The position numbers and the translations under genes are program-made. A DNA stretch of 64,000 nucleotides, from positions 1 to 64,000 of the IMG/VR virus record IMGVR_UViG_3300030095_005132, one strand, 5' to 3'. The notes beneath the pieces were generated by a model that was not told where the DNA came from, made no database searches, and was given only the letters and a program-made list of their open reading frames with translations. Shown here in pieces: positions 58,301 through 64,000 of the stretch; the first letter of the stretch is position 1, and each line of letters begins with the position of its first letter. Source of the stretch: a virus (Duplodnaviria > Caudoviricetes).

Positions 58301-59559
58301 CAACAGGAAAACTTCGTTTGGGTGGAACATTACCAACAGCATACGATAGTGGGGTTGGTTTTTATGCTGATGGTACTGGTAAATTTCTTGTTGGTAACTC
58401 AACTGGTTCAAGGATTCAATATGATGGTAATAATACACTTATATTGAGTTCATCTAAATTTGTTATTGGTGATATAGGTAGTAACTTTGTTAGTGGTAGT
58501 GATGGTAATTTAGAGATAAGTTCATCTAAATTTCATTTAGACAGTAAGAATGAAATTTTTAGCGTAGGACAACCATCTGGTAGTAGAATACAATTTGATG
58601 GAACTGAGTTAATTATGAGTTCATCTAAATTTTTATTGGGTGGTGGGGAACAATTTGTAAGTGGTTCAAATGGTAACATAGAAATCAGCTCATCAAATTT
58701 TCACTTACAGCCAGACGGTGATGTTGTTATGTCAGGTACTGTTACTGCAAATGCTGGTGCTATAGGTGGGTTTACAATAAATTCTGGCGCTATAGAATCA
58801 TCTAACATCAAAATTTCTTCTACGCACGCTTCAATGTCACTAGGAGGAAACGTAAAGATAGTTGGAGGAACAGACAGTTTTATTGCTGGTGGATCTTCAC
58901 ATTTAGATGATCCTTTTGGTGCTGCTTTTGACAATGATAATACTGGCTTTGTTCTTGGTATAGATGATGATGTTGTAAAATTTGAAATATCTGATGATTC
59001 TGGTGATAATAAAATAGTTTTTGATTCATCGGCTAGTGATGTATTAGTATTAAAGGCTGAAAGTTTTTCATTTGGTTCAACAAACTTTAAGCTTACAGAC
59101 TCGTCACTTAAATTAGGTACAATAGATAATGTGACAGATACAGCATCTACTGAAACAGGATTCTTTGTAGACAGCAGTGGTAATGTATTAATAAAAACAG
59201 GCACTAGTTCCGAGACGGGCTATATGCAATTTAACAGTAATAATTTAAAAATAAAGACAAGTAATTTTGAAGTAGATGGTGGAGATGTAACAATAACAGG
59301 TGCTGTTACAGCAACCAGTGGTAATATTGCAACGTTTTCTATAACATCGGGTAGTATTGATTCAAATTCTAATAATGCAAAGCGTGGAATAAAAGTAGAG
59401 CCAGGCGCATCAATTAGAGGTTACGGAAATGAGGTACATAAAACAACTACAGTGGCAGGAAAATTTAGTTTTTCTGTGGGCTCAGTATCGCCATCAGCAA
59501 CAGCTAACGTTCCGTTTAATAGCAACTACTCAGCACCGCCTGGTTTGAGTGGTGATTAA
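49378..59559 (+). CDS. Giant repeat-rich tail fibre/structural protein (3393 aa; likely start 49405)
   Basis: Many F(I/V)SGSNGN(I/L/V)EISSSxFHL and GxIGGFTI repeats; Gly/Ser-rich beta pattern. Confidence 0.8.
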   Translation: MISNNRKFLMATVKRFNKLLGLENIDVLIDERDTSRHIIITDMPQSLPQGKSSFLIEVSPYMKEGVELQVDFMDSEGNSIYLEPVQNYLEGSSRTMSVEIYDTTAAGVATMILVGELDRIPTTPGNFSETEEVPVDFQGVYNVRLTREVIINTAELNTQPIKFYSSPRLIANEQRFGTMEREVVEGEVASAAFTVIGRPVTQQSYEVFTTEENESNAQGSGVTETNDNKSIKPPDGDVKGDKAEKEKLKQHTKKRSVRTDSRFKRSRRIRRRRSPVEYPYSFSISDEEHEFTTNEIGGEIRFSDIDTTIYNSEDLTNNGLETPTFNVVSDTLDENFPTHYTASIADLNNSLTAYTNTPFTKQDREGNYRILELKATGQTFYEKQPSASFSLTNIVSYADITLSHLRTFSGELFKAKVYVRSEGSFDDYKLLAEVPIESPELMINSNSVGIGERTGYFISEEDKNTYWDLFGSTNGLTAASSTSTASFDNNTLLDSIMVSGSTSTFSDQIRFQLKEDYKFVLTKDIDYTLSFNTVGQKDTDGRALMLVYISGSCMNQANSLYNDEFTEINIEESSAYGKRMGVLEVETSDDDRKDFNLVSHNFNTDSTGEATIQFRVISGQWNLSDISVIPATDTGFSPSFVKFQQQLPPELTHKRPETLEFLTEFYDMNNNLADEIAVTTGSIFTGANMVITGDDNTMSGDLFIGGDTTGSGMHFGGVDSNLPETGTDGATGSGFMRSVGYLGFASASDASLDGKPGFMIYSGSVLPDSGENYAGVGLELVGASGSLKFRTNPSLFDVQADAFFVGKTTTQFISGSGEKIEISSSNFHLDDAGNVDMTGTITANAGEVGGFTIKDSSLRAGTGNSSVTMSGADQLMKFGSGSTFTASEIDGILFGKDTDGKYKFGVGKGGSYVFFDGDAVQIASEDINVTASVFSIDVDEFKLSATNLFVSSSEGGFVSLGNPRPSGIGGTNNGIFMQGRNPDDTKPKFLAGNAAGGHISFDGDNVFMSSSAFFLGSPSQFVSGSLGNVEISSSNFHLDNAGNVIMSGKITANEGAIGGFNITDDALSSTNFFISGSPTAGGDDTPEHMFISASNFNVKASGDVTASALSLTGGDVGGLSVESGVISVGSILKLKDSGQITGSKVLFSGGTIGGFTVNGGAGQSSLIGKTSDPAERFRLDLLSGELQVEGNDGFGITLGGDASSGYEATTDTSIPIVLATTEDASRTVVRFGDSGQFFKFDSGATPKLTISSSDYFLGTSTTFISGSNGNIKVSGSNLELETPKFFLGRKGNQFVSGSNGNVEISSSDFHLTAQGDVTASAILLGDKDGSNFLQFAGDTLTVRGDLAVDSLFLPSTIDGATSTAVNASSSLDSNGFAKFVSASIGGFIVNSSQINSVNNNIVLQSNGAATISGSSVNLQAPIFYLGNQTNFISGSNGNIEIFNSGATTISGSSVNVQTPKFYLGETDNFISGSNGNIEIFNTGTTTISGSAVNIQTPKFYLGETGQFISGSNGNIEISSSNFHLDSAGNVVMSGKVTADTGEIGGFTIGDDLDSTAGTLKLKGASGQITASAAQITGKITAQTGTIGGFNIGTDLDSSAGTLKLKGATGQITASAAQITGKITATSGQIADFTIDGTKLKQGTAFHLDGASSAEYFISSSDFQVTPAGQLTGSSALFDGTIDVTGTGTIAGWTIASGRFNDSGDNLRLDGDESQISVKNHTFGQAGIQLQYNSGTTRMYVGDGANKHLKFDGSDVDIKSAKFELDATNLELSSTHASMSLGEGKIRLVGASTSTITVGAANAIKLSDDGSDRFLVVGSKTSFTHFDQSTAGLILGTDNGTTKFELAADANNYISFDGSAFDIKTEVFTLDTTNLDINSSTKRIEVSDGSNVRVRIGEVDSTSANHFGITIYDGTGTAASDEIVHLSDAKNQIASWSLSPNQISSNNLILDSDGTIQTADFASNVKGWRITSANNGEAEFENVRIRGTLSTAVFEKETVNAVGGQLYVANSTAITGSDTLAATATTMSVVNVTGFAENEVLSAKKVTSTGFGTEYMLVQSSSRDNPSSESDFAGKLFLIRGYRSGSNGISGSLGDIANASQSYEPGQVIVSTGKVGTGYIRLNANPNDSTTPYMDIVERTGSGVYDVDLKARLGDLSGLSSGLLYGESNPGFGLFTENVFLSGAITATTGSITGILHVRTDLLNQVTIGTNVKNSLDGIHINDNNFWYTNGHFRTGFDSDNFIHQSGSALTLKSETFTLKGGTTLILDSTTPKLVMGSSAASITDTDNTGIYMDGSGKFRVGEDQGSGDNFIYFNGTTIQMKSTVFDLVAGSTLVINSSTPKIALGASATGQSLTSGTGIFMNGSGHFKAGKAGHGRIEWDGTDVYVSSSAFFLGSDSQFLSGSNGNLEISSSKFHLQPDGDTIMQGKITATSGEIAGLSIESDKIYVGTGNHNNSDTSFYVENDGKFSLKDKLSWDGSDLSIEGSITITGGSGFASPAAVSGSVSDLSGSVATDVGGLAVASSSMASTARLTSTGMEILNSDDNVIAAYSADAVIGRTDAGQSNVLIDSDGSIDIRRGTEVSASFGTTTTIGPTSGNHVEITSTSLAIKTSSNVTALSASAAGLDMAGTIKASGGTIGGFDIGTDLESQSGTLNLKGSTGQITGSAVLFDGGKIGGFTIDADEIKSGTNIGLDSTNKKLTINDTTFGNEGIQLEYNGGTPRLYVGDGSNEFFKYDGTNIDIRTQKLNASGSSIILKSSDFYLGDSSNFVSGSGGNLSIFSTGDTTLSGSSITLSTPKFFMGEVSQFISGSNGNIEISSSNFHLQPDGNVIMSGTVTAGAGEIGGFTLSDTEISASGLVLKASGQMTASAVSMSGMINASSGQIGNFAIDSNNLVGGGTFQLNPTNNSGEVRMGSSFGPNSADSTTTGIYLSGTGEFGFIQDTNNRVFSDGNGLDIRSTEFVLNAGTLELENKTTTTGKLRLGGTLPTAYDSGVGFYADGTGKFLVGNSTGSRIQYDGNNTLILSSSKFVIGDIGSNFVSGSDGNLEISSSKFHLDSKNEIFSVGQPSGSRIQFDGTELIMSSSKFLLGGGEQFVSGSNGNIEISSSNFHLQPDGDVVMSGTVTANAGAIGGFTINSGAIESSNIKISSTHASMSLGGNVKIVGGTDSFIAGGSSHLDDPFGAAFDNDNTGFVLGIDDDVVKFEISDDSGDNKIVFDSSASDVLVLKAESFSFGSTNFKLTDSSLKLGTIDNVTDTASTETGFFVDSSGNVLIKTGTSSETGYMQFNSNNLKIKTSNFEVDGGDVTITGAVTATSGNIATFSITSGSIDSNSNNAKRGIKVEPGASIRGYGNEVHKTTTVAGKFSFSVGSVSPSATANVPFNSNYSAPPGLSGD

Positions 59560-59575
59560 TAATAAGGAGTAAATA

Positions 59576-60742
59576 ATGGCAGATTATCCATTTAGAGTAA
59601 ATATGATGCCCAAAAATGGAGAAGGCACAGTAGCTTTTTTCACATCATCTTTAGCAGATGATAACGAGGGTGATCAAGTACTAACTGCGGCTGATATGGT
59701 AGAAAAAATTAATTTAATGCCCAGCGCGTCATATGAGGATGGGACACTAACTCCATCATCCGTAGAAGCGGCACATAATTTTGGGGGTGCTAGAAATATA
59801 CACTTATCGTGTTCGGTTTCATCTCCACTAACAGGTAGTATAATATTTCAAGATAAAGAGACTGCTACAAATGGTGGATTAGATTTTTACACATTTTGGG
59901 GAACAAAGGTTTGTTCTGTTTTAGGTTTACCTGAGGGAATACCAATATACACAGAAAACTTTAAACTATCAGATGACTCTAATAATCCTGACAATTATCT
60001 GTCGGGTGATGTTATTGCGAATGGTGTATCGATAAAAGATACCTTTAAATTATCTCCACAAGCTAGATTGAAAAGTAATTTAATATGGGATAAAGAAAAT
60101 GGAGAAGGTTTAGCACAATGGGTTAGTGGTAGTATAACCCAAGCAAGTATTGGCTATGATGACCAAAACGATAGGTATAAGCTAAATATAGCTACAGCAT
60201 CAATCTCTAGATTAGAGGTCGATTCGGGTGTAAATGGTACATCAGATGTTTTTTTTCGTGGAATAACAGGTACCGCCAATAAGGAATATTGGATTCCACA
60301 GATGTTTATGTCTGGTTTTAATTATGGTTCAGGTGGAGGAACTCAGGTGGTGGTGCCGTTCACATCGGTTCAAGAACAAACCTCTACAACAAATACTATG
60401 GAATATAGTAACATTATAATGCCCTTTGATGCTATGGTGAAGAGTGTATCTGTACGCGCTTCGAGTGCAGGTAGCGCCGCCTTTATTAATATGTTTAAAT
60501 TAACAGATGGTACGGAAGGGGTAACTCTTGGAGGCGGTGGTCCTACTGAAGGTGATGCTATGGCTTCTGTTAACATAACTGCTGATGATACTGTATATTC
60601 TGCAGGTTTTTCTTCAGTTACAACTGATGGTCTATATGTTTCTAAGGGAGAAGCAGTATTGTTTACTTTTGATCCAGCTTCCGACACAAACGATACTAGA
60701 ATAACAGTTTTATTTATGGTAAACCCATCCTCACTTGGATAG
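59576..60742 (+). CDS. Tail fibre-associated structural protein
   Basis: Follows giant fibre; beta-rich C-terminal domain. Confidence 0.6.
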   Translation: MADYPFRVNMMPKNGEGTVAFFTSSLADDNEGDQVLTAADMVEKINLMPSASYEDGTLTPSSVEAAHNFGGARNIHLSCSVSSPLTGSIIFQDKETATNGGLDFYTFWGTKVCSVLGLPEGIPIYTENFKLSDDSNNPDNYLSGDVIANGVSIKDTFKLSPQARLKSNLIWDKENGEGLAQWVSGSITQASIGYDDQNDRYKLNIATASISRLEVDSGVNGTSDVFFRGITGTANKEYWIPQMFMSGFNYGSGGGTQVVVPFTSVQEQTSTTNTMEYSNIIMPFDAMVKSVSVRASSAGSAAFINMFKLTDGTEGVTLGGGGPTEGDAMASVNITADDTVYSAGFSSVTTDGLYVSKGEAVLFTFDPASDTNDTRITVLFMVNPSSLG

Positions 60743-60794
60743 ACTGATAATTAACAAATCTTATATTTATATATGAATAATAACATAGGAAATT

Positions 60795-63700
60795 ATGGAT
60801 AAACTAACAGAATTTTTAACAAAACCCTTTCTAAATGAGGGAGCTAGAGATCCAGGTATATTTAAAGCTATCTTTTTAGCTGGTGGGCCAGGAAGTGGTA
60901 AATCCTTTGTTGCACAAAAGCTATTTGGCATACCAGAAAAGATAAATGTATCCAAGACCGGTTTAAAGATGGTAAATTCCGACAATGAATTAGAGGTATT
61001 ACTCAAAAAGTATTTCGGTACAACCGACATTGATTTAATGCCTGATGAGCTATTTGCTGATTTAACAGGTGTGGATAAGTCAGGTAAGCCTGTAGATTAT
61101 GATACAAGTGGCTTAAGAGATTTTGCTAAATCACTAACCAAACAAAGGTTAAAACTTTATACGGATGGTAAGTTGGGTGTTATCATAGATGGTACTGGTC
61201 ACAAATATGCTAAGATAAAAGATAAAAGAAAAAAATTAATGGATATGGGTTACGATACCTATATGGTATTTGTAAATACAAGCTTAGATGTTGCTTTAGA
61301 TAGAAATGAAAAAAGAGCTAGGGTGGTGCCAGAAAAGATTGTTCGTAAGAGTTGGCAGGATGTTCAAAATAATATGGGTGCCTTTCAAGGTTTATTCGGT
61401 GGTTCAAATTTTCAGATTATATCAAATAACGAACACCTATCCGAAAAACAAATACACAAAAGATTTAAGATGTTGGTTAGCAAAGGAATAGATAAATTTT
61501 TAAAAAAACCAATTAAAAATAAAATTGCTAAGGCTTGGTTGAGAAGAGAAAAGAAACATCAAAAGGTATTTAAAGATCCAGGCCAATCTCGTTTCTTTGA
61601 GAGTATAAATGTTCCTGTTGATATAGGTGATACAGTTCTTATGGGTAGATTTAAAAACAAAAAGGTAGTTGTTAAGTCTATTGATTATAATGAAAAGGGT
61701 GACTTACTTATCAATGGTAGGACTGCTCTTAAATTTAGGGTTATGAAAAAAGATGAAGCAGCTAGAGTTCCTCGTAAGAAAGGACAACATCGTGGTTCAA
61801 AGTCTCATTCAGATTTATACACAGATGAGAATCCAAAAGGAACAATAAAAGGGTTAAAGTTTGCTACAGTAAAGGATGCTAAGGCATCGGTGAGTAAGAT
61901 AAAAGGAAGTGGTAAAAAACACGCACATAAGATACAAGCCGCTGTAGCTATGGAACAGAGAGCTAGGGAAATGGGTAAAAGTTCAGAGGCTGCTGTCTAT
62001 AGAGCTTACATCAATAAGATGAAAAAGAAAACCAAAGCTAAGAACGAAGAGTTTGGTGCGCCAGCAGGAACATTACCATCACCAAGTCGTAAGATGGTAA
62101 AGAAGATGAAGAAGAAAGGCAATACCTCAGTTCCTTATGGTAGTGGTTATAAGAAAGTAAATGAACAAAAAGAAATCAAAAAAACAATTGGTGTATTCGG
62201 TGGTAGATTTCAACCATTTCATAGTGGACATCTAGCAACATATAAATGGTTAACTTCTCAAGTTGATGAGGCCTATATAACTACATCTAATATTAAACAA
62301 CCACCACGACACCCTATGAACTTTAAAGAAAAAGTTAGACATATGGTTAAGATGGGTATTCCGGCAAATCGTATTATTATGGAAAAATCTCCTTATGTAG
62401 CAAAAAATTTATTAAAGAAGTTTAACAAAGATACAACGGCTGTTGTTTATGCTTTCGGTCAAAAAGATGCTGGTAGATTAAAAGCTGGTAAGGGTAAATA
62501 TTTCCAAGACTATAAAAAAAGTAAAGGTGATATCAAAGGATATGAGGAGAACGGATATTTTATAACAGCGCCCCAATTTGGTTCGGTTAGTGGTACACAG
62601 ATGAGAAAACTTTTAGGTGACCCGAAACTTGATGATAGTGAAAGAGTAAAAGCATTTAAAAAAGTCTTTGGATATTACGATAAAGGTGTGTATAGTATGA
62701 TGACAAATAAATTTAAAAAATTATTTGAAACATATACTCTATCTAAAGAGTTAATAGAAAATTTTCTGTTAGAATCATCAGCCACTCCAGCTGGTAATTT
62801 GGATGACGGTCCTTCTACATACTATTCGGATTATAAAGTATATAAAAAAACTTCAAAAGAATGGTTAGATTCTATTTATAAAAATGCTGGTTGGGAAATT
62901 GTAAATTATATTTTAGATGACAGAGCACAGAATGGAATAGAAAAAAATTATCATTCAGTTCCACTAACTTATTTAGACCACGGTCAAGCAAATGGTTCTA
63001 CCAGGGCAGTTTCCAAATACAAAACTTGGATAGAAAATGTTGTAAAACCACTTGGTTGGAAAGTTGTAAATTGGATGGGTACTGATGCTGCTATTGATAA
63101 TATTATAGGTTCATTATTTGCGGCTGGTGCAGATGGGGATTCATATGATGTTACATCCTTATATGAAAAAATAAATTTAGATAGGGAAGTTGATTTATTA
63201 TTAGAAGGTGGCGCTTATGGTCATTTAAACCACCCATTTGATAATAAAAATCTTACATTTTCAGATTTTAAAACACTAATTATTAATACATTACAAGGTA
63301 AACTTGATAATGAAGGAACGGTTACAGAAAAAACAGATGGACAGAATATAATGGTAAGTTGGAAGAATGGTAAACTTTTAGCTGCTCGTAACAAAGGACA
63401 TATTAAAAATCACGGTGCTAATGCTTTGAATATAGATGGTGTAAAAAGTATGTTTGCCGGTAGAGGTGATATAGAAAAAGCTTTTGTTTATGCTATGAGA
63501 GATTTACAGAATGCTGTTGGTAAACTTAGTGATGCACAAAAAACAAAAATATTTGATGAAGGAAAGAAATTTATGTCTTTAGAGGTTATTTATCCTAAGA
63601 CAGCCAATGTAATACCTTATGATAAAGCACTATTACAATTTCACGGAACAATAGAGTATGATTCTGCTGGCTCTCCAATAGGAGAGGATAGGGGAAGTGC

Positions 63701-64000
63701 TAGAATGTTAGCTGGTATGATAAAACAGATAAATCAAGATGTTCAAAAAGCATTTAAAATTGAAAAACCATTTGTAACTAAATTACCAAAGGTAAAAGAT
63801 TTTAGTAAAAAGCAAAGTTACTTTTTAGGAAAACTAAAAAAATTACAGAGTGAATATAATTTAAAAGGAAATAATACACTATCTGAATATCATCAAGCTT
63901 ATTGGATGGAGTATATTTATAATGGCGCAAAACAAACAGATTATAAACATCCTGATAATAGGGTGTTAATGAAGCTAACAAAAAGATGGGCTTTCTTTGA
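60795..64000 (+). CDS. Multidomain protein, 3'-truncated (not in ORF track): P-loop kinase + small domains + HxGH nucleotidyltransferase + ligase-like domain
   Basis: Open frame to window end; AGGPGSGKS (60882), IIDGTG; FGGRFQPFHSGH (62220); TEKTDGQN (63330). Confidence 0.85.
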   Translation, partial: MDKLTEFLTKPFLNEGARDPGIFKAIFLAGGPGSGKSFVAQKLFGIPEKINVSKTGLKMVNSDNELEVLLKKYFGTTDIDLMPDELFADLTGVDKSGKPVDYDTSGLRDFAKSLTKQRLKLYTDGKLGVIIDGTGHKYAKIKDKRKKLMDMGYDTYMVFVNTSLDVALDRNEKRARVVPEKIVRKSWQDVQNNMGAFQGLFGGSNFQIISNNEHLSEKQIHKRFKMLVSKGIDKFLKKPIKNKIAKAWLRREKKHQKVFKDPGQSRFFESINVPVDIGDTVLMGRFKNKKVVVKSIDYNEKGDLLINGRTALKFRVMKKDEAARVPRKKGQHRGSKSHSDLYTDENPKGTIKGLKFATVKDAKASVSKIKGSGKKHAHKIQAAVAMEQRAREMGKSSEAAVYRAYINKMKKKTKAKNEEFGAPAGTLPSPSRKMVKKMKKKGNTSVPYGSGYKKVNEQKEIKKTIGVFGGRFQPFHSGHLATYKWLTSQVDEAYITTSNIKQPPRHPMNFKEKVRHMVKMGIPANRIIMEKSPYVAKNLLKKFNKDTTAVVYAFGQKDAGRLKAGKGKYFQDYKKSKGDIKGYEENGYFITAPQFGSVSGTQMRKLLGDPKLDDSERVKAFKKVFGYYDKGVYSMMTNKFKKLFETYTLSKELIENFLLESSATPAGNLDDGPSTYYSDYKVYKKTSKEWLDSIYKNAGWEIVNYILDDRAQNGIEKNYHSVPLTYLDHGQANGSTRAVSKYKTWIENVVKPLGWKVVNWMGTDAAIDNIIGSLFAAGADGDSYDVTSLYEKINLDREVDLLLEGGAYGHLNHPFDNKNLTFSDFKTLIINTLQGKLDNEGTVTEKTDGQNIMVSWKNGKLLAARNKGHIKNHGANALNIDGVKSMFAGRGDIEKAFVYAMRDLQNAVGKLSDAQKTKIFDEGKKFMSLEVIYPKTANVIPYDKALLQFHGTIEYDSAGSPIGEDRGSARMLAGMIKQINQDVQKAFKIEKPFVTKLPKVKDFSKKQSYFLGKLKKLQSEYNLKGNNTLSEYHQAYWMEYIYNGAKQTDYKHPDNRVLMKLTKRWAFF

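Noticed and set aside
49378-60742. Diversity-generating retroelement targeting the fibre
   Set aside because: No reverse transcriptase or adenine-specific TR/VR pair seen in this window
697-61030. Other minus-strand ORFs in the track
   Set aside because: Antisense to well-supported plus-strand genes or tmRNA, no motifs or SD; only 49140..49313 retained
61306-61491. 61-aa plus-strand ORF (also 8134..8349 and 17575..17769)
   Set aside because: Out-of-frame overlaps inside larger motif-bearing genes
1-64000. Genome-wide stop codon reassignment (TGA or TAG)
   Set aside because: Long ORFs tile the window in code 11 and TGA/TAG terminate many genes followed by SD-led starts; only the 12606 TGA sits in a catalytic motif

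Overview
AT-rich, gene-dense, almost entirely plus-strand fragment of a large (jumbo-type) myovirus-like dsDNA phage, standard genetic code. Left half (1-27 kb) is accessory/early cargo: a host-like envelope island (lipoprotein, MshEN-domain membrane protein, thioredoxin-fold protein, four type IV prepilins behind a sigma54-like promoter with a palindromic upstream site), an ORF-free ~420-nt highly structured ncRNA candidate, a VWA/MoxR-AAA pair, a nuclease, a lysis-type cassette containing a Popeye/cNMP-binding membrane protein, an in-frame-UGA (selenocysteine, UxxC) secreted redoxin missed by the ORF track, Hsp20, 3D-domain protein, peptide deformylase, MBD4-like glycosylase, a tmRNA with a long tag, tRNA-Gly, and a DUF4338/HNH/ParB-nuclease/glycosyltransferase/HD cluster. 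Right half has a gp55-like late sigma factor, baseplate/tail genes, resolvase-primase-SbcDC fusion, a 3393-aa repeat-rich tail fibre, and an unlisted, 3'-truncated >1068-aa kinase/nucleotidyltransferase/ligase multidomain protein. Three repeated promoter classes are visible. Host is inferred (not shown) to be a selenocysteine-using, SD-using bacterium such as Marinisomatota (Marinimicrobia). All family assignments are by eye from motifs; no searches were run.
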